Part shown: positions 18,343-26,670 of the stretch, piece by piece
Layout: each line of letters opens with the position of its first letter
Position numbering within the stretch: position 1 is the first letter of the stretch
From: Candidatus Binatus sp.
GTDB lineage: Bacteria > Desulfobacterota > Binatia > Binatales > Binataceae
Length of the DNA stretch: 64,000 bases
Direction of reading: 5' to 3'
Assembly (NCBI RefSeq): GCF_049584895.1
Contig: NZ_JBAUYR010000057.1
Span: 27,908 to 91,907 of the forward strand
Position numbers and translations under genes: made by a program
Notes under the pieces: generated by a model
What the model was told of the DNA's origin: nothing
The model's input: the letters and a program-made list of their open reading frames with translations, nothing else
Databases searched by the model: none

Positions 18343-18415
18343 GAAGATTCCCCCGCGCCCAAACTAGCCGAATACGATGCTCCCGTCGAACGCTGTTGGA
18401 TCGTACTATTTCTGC

Positions 18416-18444
18416 TTGACAGATACGTAACCATTCGGTTACAT
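18416..18444 (+). promoter_or_regulatory. putative sigma-70 promoter with embedded palindromic operator for the ArsR-family gene
   Basis: The elements are TTGACA (18416-18421), a 17-nt spacer and TTACAT (18439-18444). The palindrome GTAACC-ATTC-GGTTAC (18427-18442) sits between them. The ATG at 18453 is only 8 nt after the -10. Confidence 0.55.
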
Positions 18445-18452
18445 GTTTTCTC

Positions 18453-18773
18453 ATGCCGATAGATGCGACCATCGGGGCGCTGGCCGATCCCACTCGCAGA
18501 GAACTGCTGCGGCGCCTCGCTGACCAGCCGTGCCGGGCGGGAGAGTTGGCGCGCGGGTTTGCGATTAGCCGCCCCGCGATCTGCAAGCATACGCGGATGC
18601 TCGGGCGGGCCGGTCTGATCAGGGCGAAGAAAGTAGGGCGCGAGCGAATCTACGAGCTCGCCCCGCGCGGCCAACTCGCGGTTCAGGAACTGATCAGGAC
18701 ATTGGAAGAAGTAGGCGCGTTCTGGGACAGCACGCTGAGCGCGTTCAAACGCTACGTGGAGGAAAACCGATGA
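18453..18773 (+). CDS. ArsR/SmtB-family transcriptional regulator
   Basis: LADPTRRELLRRLADQPCRAGELARGFAISRPAICKHTRMLGRAGLI. Confidence 0.88.
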   Translation: MPIDATIGALADPTRRELLRRLADQPCRAGELARGFAISRPAICKHTRMLGRAGLIRAKKVGRERIYELAPRGQLAVQELIRTLEEVGAFWDSTLSAFKRYVEENR

Positions 18774-19204
18774 CGATTCGAAAAGCGATTCGAGTGGAGC
18801 GTCCGCCGGAAATCGTCTTCCGCGTCTTCACGGAAGAAATCGGTAAATGGTGGCCGTTAAAAGAAGGATTCTCTTTCGGCGGTGAGAAAGCCAAGGACAT
18901 TTTCATCGAAGGGCGCGTCGGTGGCAGGTTCTTCGAGCGATTTACCGACGGCACCGAATTCGAAGTCGGGCGCATTACCGTGTTTCAACCGCCGCATGTC
19001 GTCGTCTTCACCTGGAAGGCGCCCGAGTGGGAGGGGCAGACTGAAGTCGAGGTTAAGTTCACTGCCGACGGCGCGGGCACACGAATCGAGCTCGAGCATC
19101 GCGGATGGGAAGCGGGACCGATCATGCAGAAGCAAGGCCAGGGCTATAGCGATGGATGGGGCATCATCCTCGATAAGTTCGGTGCACGAGCCGAAGCTGC
19201 GTGA
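18770..19204 (+). CDS. SRPBCC (Aha1/START-like) domain protein
   Basis: IRVERPPEIVFRVFTEEIGKWWP. It has an ATGA overlap with the ArsR gene, which is the common ArsR-SRPBCC pairing. Confidence 0.85.
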   Translation: MTIRKAIRVERPPEIVFRVFTEEIGKWWPLKEGFSFGGEKAKDIFIEGRVGGRFFERFTDGTEFEVGRITVFQPPHVVVFTWKAPEWEGQTEVEVKFTADGAGTRIELEHRGWEAGPIMQKQGQGYSDGWGIILDKFGARAEAA

Positions 19205-19271
19205 GCGGTGAATCATAGTGCGCAGAAATCAACCGCCTCGATGAGATGAGTCCTATGAAGGAGGTCATGCC

Positions 19272-19733
19272 ATGAAACCTTGGACCTGGTTAAGAGTAGG
19301 AGCTGCGCTTCAGGGTCTTGGCGCCGTTCTTCATACGATCGCGTCGATGGACTCTCCTAGCCGTGGCCCGGCAGAACAAGCAGTGTTTGCGGCGATGCAG
19401 TCCTTTCACTTTCAGATTGCAGGAGTGACTCGCAGTCACTGGGACTTCTATCGAGGCTATGAGTTATTCATCACAGTGGTGTTCGCAGTGCTGGCTGTAC
19501 TGATCTGGCAGCTAAGCAACCTGAGTAAGACTGCACCCCGGCAAGCATTGCCTATGATCATAACTATGCTGGCAGCAGAGGTCTTAATGAGCGCAATCGG
19601 CTGGGAGTATTTCTTCGCAGGCCCGGGTGGAATGTCGATCCTGATAGGCGCATGCCTCGTCGCCGCGATACTCGGGCTTAGGAGTGGTGAGCAGCCGGCA
19701 ATTCAAACAAGGAGGGTGGCAAAAGCAGGGTGA
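19272..19733 (+). CDS. hypothetical membrane protein (about four TM helices)
   Basis: It has hydrophobic segments and an AGGAGG-like site upstream (gaaggaggtcatgccATG). I recognise no motif. Confidence 0.55.
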   Translation: MKPWTWLRVGAALQGLGAVLHTIASMDSPSRGPAEQAVFAAMQSFHFQIAGVTRSHWDFYRGYELFITVVFAVLAVLIWQLSNLSKTAPRQALPMIITMLAAEVLMSAIGWEYFFAGPGGMSILIGACLVAAILGLRSGEQPAIQTRRVAKAG

Positions 19734-19749
19734 CGCAGACGAGGCAAAC

Positions 19750-19788
19750 AAGGATCCGGGATTCTTCGCTTCGCTCTAGAATGACACA
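19750..19788. repeat. dispersed repeat, copy 2 (AAGGATCCGGGATTCTTCGCTTCGCTCTAGAATGACACA)
   Basis: The 30-nt core is identical to 5149..5178. Confidence 0.85.
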
Positions 19789-19813
19789 ATGACAAGACCA
19801 ATAGCCAACCTGG

Positions 19814-20650
19814 CTAGAAGGGTTTGTCGCCGTTGATTGTTATGCGCTCCATGCGGCGGTTGGCAAGGCGATTGTCCGCGACCACGCGATGCTGCGTGCA
19901 TCGGTTGTCCCACATCGCGATCGAGTTGGGACGCCATCGGAAGCGGCAACTGAAGTCCGGCGTCTCGATATGCCTGTAAAGGAAGCCGAGAAGCGCCAGA
20001 CTTTCGCGCGGCTTCATCCCCTTGATCGAGGCGGTGAACGTCGTGTTGACGAACAGCCCTTTGCGGCCGCTCTCCGGATGCGTGCGAACGACAGGATGCT
20101 CCGCTGACAAGACTTCGCGCGAAGGTGTACCGCCGAGATGGTCAGTGCGGTAGCCGGTGCGCGAAAAGGTGGTTGCAGTGTTGTGAATCGCCACCAGGTC
20201 GGAGAGCATCCGCTGCATCTTGTCCGATAGCGCCTCGTAGGCGGCGTACATGCTCGCCCACATCGTGTCGCCGCCAAACTCCGGCGCCACCGCGCATCGC
20301 AGCACGGAGCCTAGCGGCGGCTCGTCCATGAAAGTCACGTCGCTGTGCCATGCCTCCGCGAGGTACGGATGCTGTTCGTCGCTCTGCAGCACCACGAACT
20401 CGGGATGACCCTCGTCCTTGAGCGGTTGCAGGAACGGATGAATCTGGAGCGTGCCGAAGCGGCGAGCGAACGCCTTATGCTGATCGCGCGTGATTTCCTG
20501 GTCGCGAAAGAACAATACCTGATGCTCAACGAATGCGGTGCGCACTTCGTGGAAAGCGTTCTCGCCGAGATCTCCAAGGTGGACTCCGGAAACTTCTGCG
20601 CCCAAAGCCCCGGCGATAGGATTCACCGATATATGCTTCCAACTACTCAT
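19814..20650 (-). CDS. TauD/TfdA-family Fe(II)/2-oxoglutarate dioxygenase
   Basis: AWHSDVTF (the HxD motif), WDNRCTQHRV, and the N-terminus ISVNPIAGALGAEVSGVHL. Confidence 0.88.
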   Translation of the reverse strand: MSSWKHISVNPIAGALGAEVSGVHLGDLGENAFHEVRTAFVEHQVLFFRDQEITRDQHKAFARRFGTLQIHPFLQPLKDEGHPEFVVLQSDEQHPYLAEAWHSDVTFMDEPPLGSVLRCAVAPEFGGDTMWASMYAAYEALSDKMQRMLSDLVAIHNTATTFSRTGYRTDHLGGTPSREVLSAEHPVVRTHPESGRKGLFVNTTFTASIKGMKPRESLALLGFLYRHIETPDFSCRFRWRPNSIAMWDNRCTQHRVVADNRLANRRMERITINGDKPF

Positions 20651-20802
20651 CGCAATTTCCCCACCGCCAACATACAAGACTCACTCCAAACGCACCACAG
20701 CTAGCGGCACCACCTTGAAAGAAGCTGGGTACTGTGAAAGTCTGCCTCAACTTTTGATCAATCTTGCAGGTTTTTGGGGCTGGTCTAGTTGGGGAGGATC
20801 CA

Positions 20803-22077
20803 ATGGTACGTCGAAGTCCCGGAATCTTAGCCATAACCGCGATGCTGGTAATCACCATGTTCATCGCGCCGATGACGCATGCTGGCGACGATGACTCTGC
20901 CGTCACATCGTCACCAGACGCGACCATCAGTCTTTCGAACTTTCAAGCGGCCGCCGTCGTTATCGGTCAGGCCGATTTCTCTGGAAGCATGCCGAACCAA
21001 GGTACGGGCAATGCGGCTGCTGATACGATCTCGAGTGGATTTGGGCCCGCTGCCGTTGGACCGACGGGCGTGCTCTATCTCAGCGACGAGAGCAATCAGC
21101 GCGTGCTCGGCTTCAATGGAATTCCGTCTTCCAGTGACGCCGATGCTGACTTCGTACTGGGTCAGCCCAATCTTACTTCGACGGGCCCAGCCAATGGGGC
21201 GAACCAGTTCGGTGGACCTCAATCGCCAGTGATTTCCGGCAAGCAGCTCTTGGTCTCCGACTGGTACAACAGCCGTGTGATGATCTGGAAGAAGGCTCCG
21301 ACGACGACCCAGGTTCCGGCGAACTTCGTGGTGGGACAGGTCAAATTTGGACCGCGTAATGGCGCATGCACCGCCAAAGGGATGAATGCTCCTGAAACGA
21401 TCTCGGTCGCCGGCGGAAAACTGGTGGTCGCGGATTCCAGCAATTCCCGGGTGCTTATCTTCAAGAAGATCCCGAAGAAGAATGGGCAGAAGGCAGATAT
21501 CGTGCTGGGGCAAAACAACTTCAAGACCTGCGTCACGCTGAACAATGGGACCGGTGTTTCTGGCTCTCCCAGCAACGCCAACTTCAGCTATCCGGCGGGA
21601 GTGTGGACCGACGGGACGAGGATTGTTGTTACGGACGAAGATGAGAGCCGGGTTCTGATCTGGACCAAATTTCCGACCAAGAATTTCCAGCCGGCCAATA
21701 TCGTCCTGGGGCAGCCTGACTTTAGCTCCGACGTCGAGAACAACAACGGATCGGGCGGGTCCGGGGTGCCGAGCGCGAAGAACATGAACATGCCGTACGA
21801 CGGGGTGTTCAGCAATGGCACGCAGCTTTTCGTCGACGATCAGAAGAACCACCGCATCCTGGTGTGGAACACGTTTCCGACCGCGAACTTTGCGCCTGCC
21901 GATGTCGTGATTGGGCAGCCGGATTTCAACTGCGGCGTGTCCAACAATGACGGTACCTGCCATGAGGGCACAGCGTCGGCCAGTAATCTGAGCGATCCGA
22001 CCGGAGTCGTTCAAGTCGGCAACCAGCTGATCGTAACCGACGGCAACGCCCGCTACCTGGTTTACAACGGTATGTAG
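20803..22077 (+). CDS. secreted NHL-like repeat beta-propeller protein
   Basis: It has a signal peptide after a GGAGGA site. Six or seven units of ~48 aa follow, of the form A(D/N)xV(L/I)GQ(P/N)xF......P.G(V)...G.(L/I)(V/F)V.D..N.R(V/I)L(I/V)(W/F). Confidence 0.75.
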   Translation: MVRRSPGILAITAMLVITMFIAPMTHAGDDDSAVTSSPDATISLSNFQAAAVVIGQADFSGSMPNQGTGNAAADTISSGFGPAAVGPTGVLYLSDESNQRVLGFNGIPSSSDADADFVLGQPNLTSTGPANGANQFGGPQSPVISGKQLLVSDWYNSRVMIWKKAPTTTQVPANFVVGQVKFGPRNGACTAKGMNAPETISVAGGKLVVADSSNSRVLIFKKIPKKNGQKADIVLGQNNFKTCVTLNNGTGVSGSPSNANFSYPAGVWTDGTRIVVTDEDESRVLIWTKFPTKNFQPANIVLGQPDFSSDVENNNGSGGSGVPSAKNMNMPYDGVFSNGTQLFVDDQKNHRILVWNTFPTANFAPADVVIGQPDFNCGVSNNDGTCHEGTASASNLSDPTGVVQVGNQLIVTDGNARYLVYNGM

Positions 22078-22085
22078 TTCTACCC

Positions 22086-22508
22086 TCAGGATTTCGCTTT
22101 CTTCGAAGGTTTCGAGTTTTTAGAACTGTTGAGGGCGATTGCCTGGCGGATGAGTGCCTTGAAGGCGGACTCGTCGACGGTTTCTCCTTCGTGGATGTCG
22201 ATCGCGCGGCGTACGTTTCCGTCGAGACTCGAGTTGAAGAGACGCGCCGGATCCTTCAGCGACGCGCCCTTGGCGAAGGTAAGCTTCACGACCTTCTTAT
22301 AGGACTCGCCAGTGCAGATGATGCCGTCGTGCGAGAAGGTCGGAGTGCCCATCCACTTCCACTCCTCGACGACGTCCGGGTCCGCTTGCTTGATGAGCTT
22401 GCGCATTCTGGCGAGGGTTTCCCCGCGCCAGTCCCCGAGTTCGACGATTCTTTTCGAGATGAGCTCCGATGCCGGCAGACCTTCGATCGCGCCCGACTTT
22501 GCTTTCAT
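22086..22508 (-). CDS. DUF1801 (YdhG-like) domain protein
   Basis: [61 protein letters not shown]. Confidence 0.75.
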   Translation of the reverse strand: MKAKSGAIEGLPASELISKRIVELGDWRGETLARMRKLIKQADPDVVEEWKWMGTPTFSHDGIICTGESYKKVVKLTFAKGASLKDPARLFNSSLDGNVRRAIDIHEGETVDESAFKALIRQAIALNSSKNSKPSKKAKS

Positions 22509-22616
22509 CCTGGAAGTTCCATCTACTGAACTGAGTTGACGTTGTTCGGACCCAACCACTCGATTGTTGGCTGCGATTCATACAGAGCATACACTTTTTC
22601 GCGGGGAAATCGGGTG

Positions 22617-23363
22617 ATGCCGTTTCGAATTTCGGCTGTAAAAATTGCCGCCGCGCTCTCGGTAACGCTCGCGCTTGCTGCTACCGCGCTCGCGCAGGAC
22701 ATGAAGGGCATGGACATGGGTGGCGGTGACATGTCGGAGATGTCGGACGGCGCTGAAATGGATCACGACATGCACATGGGCAACGGCAACATGAAAAACA
22801 TGGCGCTGCACATGGCGTACACCGACCTGCGTCCCGCCAACGACGCTGACACGGCGCGCGCTGCTGTGCTGGTGACCGACCTGCAGCATGCGCTCGCCAA
22901 GTACAAGGACTATCAAGTCGCGGAAGCCGACGGCTTCAGGCCGTTTCATCCTGAGTTCAAGCAGCAGAAGGTCGTGCATTTCACCAGGAACTGGTACGGG
23001 CTCAAAGCCGCGTTCACGTTCAATCCGACCGAGCCGACCTCGCTGCTCTACGAGCGCACGCCGGATGGAGGCTACAAGCTGATCGGCGCGATGTACACCG
23101 ATCGTAAAGGCGCAACTCTCGACGAACTCAACGAGCGCGTACCATTGAGCGTCGCGCGATGGCATCGGCACGTTAATTTTTGCATCCCGGCGCGCGGCAC
23201 CGACATGAAGACTGCCGATTGGACCAAGTTCGGTCCTAATGGATCGATCGCAACCAAGGACGCCTGCGACGCCGCGGGCGGCCGCTTCTTCCCACAAGTG
23301 TTCGGCTGGATGGTTCACGTCTATCCCTGGGAGACCAACCCGCAACTCGTGTGGGCGCACTAG
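22617..23363 (+). CDS. secreted protein with Met/His/Asp-rich N-terminal tract and an uncharacterised ~190-aa domain
   Basis: The signal peptide is MPFRISAVKIAAALSVTLALAATALA. It is followed by QDMKGMDMGGGDMSEMSDGAEMDHDMHMGNGNMKNMALHM. Confidence 0.6.
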   Translation: MPFRISAVKIAAALSVTLALAATALAQDMKGMDMGGGDMSEMSDGAEMDHDMHMGNGNMKNMALHMAYTDLRPANDADTARAAVLVTDLQHALAKYKDYQVAEADGFRPFHPEFKQQKVVHFTRNWYGLKAAFTFNPTEPTSLLYERTPDGGYKLIGAMYTDRKGATLDELNERVPLSVARWHRHVNFCIPARGTDMKTADWTKFGPNGSIATKDACDAAGGRFFPQVFGWMVHVYPWETNPQLVWAH

Positions 23364-23515
23364 CAGGGTGTTGAAGGACTCGGTGCAATTCGCTGGTTTG
23401 ATTGCGAGCGCTTCAACACTCTGCGTAAAAGCTGTCCTCTTACCTACAACATCTCCCCCTTTGAGGGAGACAAGAGAGAGGGGCAGGGGTTGAAAATTAC
23501 TTTTTCAACACCTGC
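23363..23515. mobile_element. MITE-like 153-bp element with 12/13-nt terminal inverted repeats
   Basis: The left end is GCAGGGTGTTGAA (23363-23375). The right end is TTCAACACCTGC (23504-23515), whose reverse complement is GCAGGTGTTGAA. Internal copies of the arm are at 23411-23419 and 23486-23496. It fills the whole intergenic gap. Confidence 0.5.
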
Positions 23516-23524
23516 TGACGGGCA

Positions 23525-24430
23525 GTGACGCCGGCTGTAGAACTGCTCGAAGTCCGAAAATCTTACGGCGGCTTTGCGGCCGTTGACGGGCTTTCGTTCT
23601 CGATTCCGCTTGCACACATCTTCGGCTTGCTTGGACCCAACGGGGCAGGCAAGACCAGCACCATCCGAATGATGATCGGGATTACTTCGCCCGATTCGGG
23701 CGTCGTGCGGCTGTTCGGCGAGCCGCTGCGTCGTCGCGCGTTGCGCCAGGTCGGCTATCTGCCAGAGGAGCGCGGCTTGTATCGTCGGATGACGGTTGGC
23801 GCGAACCTGATGTTCCTCGGACAGCTCGCGGGGCTGTCGATCGCGACGTCGAAGGAGCGCGTCGATGCGTGGACGAAGCGGCTCGGGATTGCAGACTGGG
23901 TCGATCGCCGGGTCGAGGAGTTGTCGAAGGGGATGCAGCAGAAGATTCAGTTCATCGCGGCGCTGCTGCACGATCCCGATTTGATCGTGATGGACGAGCC
24001 GTTCGCCGGGCTCGATCCAGTCAACACGATGCAGCTCAAAGACGTGCTGGTCGGCCTTCGCGCGGCGGGAAAGTCGATCCTGTTCTCGACCCATCGGATG
24101 GACCAGGTCGAGAAACTTTGCGATTCGATCTGCCTGGTCAATCGCGGCAAGTCGGTGCTGCAAGGGAGCCTCAGCCAGGTGAAGAACGGCAACGGCCGGC
24201 GCTTTGTGCAAATCGATTATGAAGGCGATGGAGCGTGCCTGGCCGGCAATCCGCTGGTCGATTCGTTGAATGACTACGGCAATCATGCCGAGCTGCGCTT
24301 GAAGCCCGGGGCGGACTCGCAGGAACTGCTGCAGACCGCGATGCGACAGTTGCGCGTGATCCGATTCCAGGTGATGGACCCGTCGCTCGAACAAATCTTC
24401 ATCGAACGAATCTCGGGCAAGCATGACTGA
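23525..24430 (+). CDS. ABC transporter ATP-binding protein (ABC-2/NatA-like)
   Basis: Walker A GPNGAGKTS, signature LSKGMQQK and Walker B LIVMDEPFAGLD. The start is GTG. Confidence 0.9.
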   Translation: MTPAVELLEVRKSYGGFAAVDGLSFSIPLAHIFGLLGPNGAGKTSTIRMMIGITSPDSGVVRLFGEPLRRRALRQVGYLPEERGLYRRMTVGANLMFLGQLAGLSIATSKERVDAWTKRLGIADWVDRRVEELSKGMQQKIQFIAALLHDPDLIVMDEPFAGLDPVNTMQLKDVLVGLRAAGKSILFSTHRMDQVEKLCDSICLVNRGKSVLQGSLSQVKNGNGRRFVQIDYEGDGACLAGNPLVDSLNDYGNHAELRLKPGADSQELLQTAMRQLRVIRFQVMDPSLEQIFIERISGKHD

Positions 24431-25697
24431 GTTCTCTCTTAAGAAAGTCTGGATCATCGCGAAGCGGGAATACCTCGAGCGCGTGCGGACGCGCTCATTC
24501 CTGCTCTCGACCTTCGTGACTCCGGTGCTGATGGCGGCGTTCCTGGTCCTGCCCACGTTGATCAGTACGTCGACGGCCCGCGGCATCATGCGCGACTCCG
24601 AGCGCCCCGCGCGCGTCGTGATCGCGTCGGACAATCGCGCGCTGGCGGAGTTGGCGAGCGGAGAATTGATGCGCCAGCACGGCACGCGGTACGAACCTTC
24701 GGTCGTCTCGCCGACGTCGCCGGCCGAACATGCGCGACTCGAGAAGATGCTCGATGACGGCAACCTCGAAGGTTACGTCTGGCTCGACGCGGCTGCGATT
24801 GCTTCGCGCCAGGTGGTATTCACAACGCGCCGCATGGGCGATTTTATCCTGCGCGGCCGCCTTGGGGACGCTCTGTCGTACGCGCTCGCCGCGCAGCGGA
24901 TGGTGAAGCAGGGCAGCAACGCCGCCGACGTGGCCGCGATACTCCAGCCGGTCGATCTCACTGCGGTGCGCGCGGGCAATACGTCGGTGGTGTACAACGA
25001 GGTTCGCGGCGCGGTGGTCGTGTTCATTCTCATGTTCGTGATGCTGTTCTCGCTGCTGTCGTACGGCGTGATGGTGATGCGATCGGTCATGGAAGAAAAA
25101 AGCTCGCGCATTACTGAGGTACTGATGTGCGCAGCGAGTGCGCAGGAGCTGATGGCCGGGAAAATTCTCGGCACCGGCAGCGTCGGCCTGACGCAAATCG
25201 GACTGTGGCTTGCGATCGCGGGGTTCGGCGCGTCGCGCAGTCTGTACTTGCGCACGGCGATGACGGTGCTCGACGTGGGTCCGTCGCTGATCATTTATTT
25301 CGTGGTGTTCTATTCACTCGGGTACCTGCTTTACAGCGCGGTTTTCGCGGGCGTCGGCGCGATCTTCAATTCGATCGACGAAGCTCAGCAGTGGAACTTC
25401 GTGGTCATCCTGCCGCTGATCGCCGCGTCAGCGATGATTCTGCCGGTCGCGACCTCGTCGGATTCTTTGACCTCGGTGGCGGCGTCGCTGTTTCCGTTCT
25501 GCTCACCAATCCTGATGTTCGAACGGCTCGCGGTTCACAATCCGCCGCTGTGGCAAGTCGCGCTGTCACTGATTCTGCTGATCGCAACGATCGGCGGTGC
25601 GATGATCGTGAGCGCGCGAATCTACCGGACCGGAATTTTGATGTATGGCAAGCGTCCGACGTTTCGCGAGCTGTCGCGATGGCTGCGCGATGCGTGA
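24423..25697 (+). CDS. ABC-2 type transporter permease (NatB-like)
   Basis: It overlaps the ATPase gene by 8 nt. It has one N-terminal TM helix, a large loop, then five or six TM helices. Confidence 0.8.
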   Translation: MTEFSLKKVWIIAKREYLERVRTRSFLLSTFVTPVLMAAFLVLPTLISTSTARGIMRDSERPARVVIASDNRALAELASGELMRQHGTRYEPSVVSPTSPAEHARLEKMLDDGNLEGYVWLDAAAIASRQVVFTTRRMGDFILRGRLGDALSYALAAQRMVKQGSNAADVAAILQPVDLTAVRAGNTSVVYNEVRGAVVVFILMFVMLFSLLSYGVMVMRSVMEEKSSRITEVLMCAASAQELMAGKILGTGSVGLTQIGLWLAIAGFGASRSLYLRTAMTVLDVGPSLIIYFVVFYSLGYLLYSAVFAGVGAIFNSIDEAQQWNFVVILPLIAASAMILPVATSSDSLTSVAASLFPFCSPILMFERLAVHNPPLWQVALSLILLIATIGGAMIVSARIYRTGILMYGKRPTFRELSRWLRDA

Positions 25698-25752
25698 TTA
25701 GAGTGGCTGGCGAACGTCATTCGGCGGTAGTCGGCGGTATCAAGCGGGATAT

Positions 25753-26127
25753 TCACCGACGCGATCGCACTGTTTCTTCTGAAGCGCGCCAATCGTCCCA
25801 CGACACGCATTTCATCAGGCGAGCAGCTTCGAACGTGGTGGCAGCTTGATAGCTTGGATTTGCATCGATTTCGGCTGCGCCCTCAAGGGTTCGCTCTTCT
25901 TCATCGCGCCACTTTGTCTGCAAATTTTGCTTTGCCTTTTCACAATCAGTGATTGAATTGAATCGGGATCCGATTCCCTCCCACTCCAATAGCGCGGCAT
26001 TTGTATCGACGAACGCTTTACCGTCGCGGTATGTCGGTGCAGGCGGCGCCACCAGGAACCAGCCCACGACCGCGAGTGCGGCAGCGTGGCGCAGACCAAG
26101 GATTTTTCTGTCAGTCATTGCGCCCAT
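25753..26127 (-). CDS. hypothetical protein with N-terminal hydrophobic segment, lower GC
   Basis: The ORF has AALAVVGWFLVAPPAP. Its GC is locally 40-57% on the lines I counted. I recognise no motif. The start is ambiguous (26160, 26127 or 26118). Confidence 0.4.
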   Translation of the reverse strand: MGAMTDRKILGLRHAAALAVVGWFLVAPPAPTYRDGKAFVDTNAALLEWEGIGSRFNSITDCEKAKQNLQTKWRDEEERTLEGAAEIDANPSYQAATTFEAARLMKCVSWDDWRASEETVRSRR

Positions 26128-26609
26128 ATGTTTTGGTTTTAGTGAGACTTCAGGTACCAATGGTAGCTTCGTTCCGTCAGAAAATCACGCGGAATCCGAG
26201 TGCTCAGCCTCGAAGAGTTCATCTGCACAACCAAGCGGTAACGAAAAGTCGGCGGGCAATCTGCTGATCACTGGGAGGACGGTTCAAGCGAACCTCCGCA
26301 ATGGTTCCTCTCGGCACGCGCAGCGGATAGCGCAAACTGCGGAGAGGTACTAAATGAAACTTATCGGAAGTTCTCCCCCAACAACCGATGGGCGCGCTTG
26401 GTGACACTCCCCCAACCAGGCGTGCCTCTCTTTTTTTGGCGCAAGTGCGACAGCGTGGCCGCGGAGACTCATTTCGGAATTCAAACTGCGACACGACCGG
26501 ACCGAAGCGGATTGCTTCACAACTTGCGCGAACGTTGCTATCTATCGCACGTTTGGTGCATGCCGATGCGACAAGTGGCCGGGCGTTGGGCGTTCGACAC
26601 GCTTAAGTA

Positions 26610-26638
26610 TTGCTCATTAACAGAAACGCGAATATAAG
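26610..26638 (+). promoter_or_regulatory. putative promoter of the mdh-sdh-suc cluster
   Basis: The elements are TTGCTC (26610-26615), a 17-nt spacer and TATAAG (26633-26638). It lies about 30 nt ahead of the mdh GTG. Confidence 0.4.
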
Positions 26639-26670
26639 ATAATCTTCAGATCGAAAGTGGAGCAAAAGGC

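Noticed and set aside
21816-21832. Sigma-54-like sequence TGGCACGCAGCTTTTCG
   Set aside because: It lies inside the NHL-protein coding region, its -12 element is TTTTC rather than TTGC, and no gene is positioned downstream.
22700-22830. Repetitive ATG/GAC-rich DNA
   Set aside because: It is in-frame coding low complexity, namely the Met/His/Asp tract of the secreted protein. It is not a non-coding repeat.
23444-24763. 439-aa minus-strand ORF
   Set aside because: It is antisense to the ABC ATPase and permease genes, which have Walker and signature motifs. The translation is Arg/Ala-rich and featureless.
26281-26294. tRNA T-arm-like sequence GGTTCAAGCGAACC
   Set aside because: The loop is only 4 nt, and no acceptor, D or anticodon arms can be built around it. 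I found no tRNA anywhere in the window.
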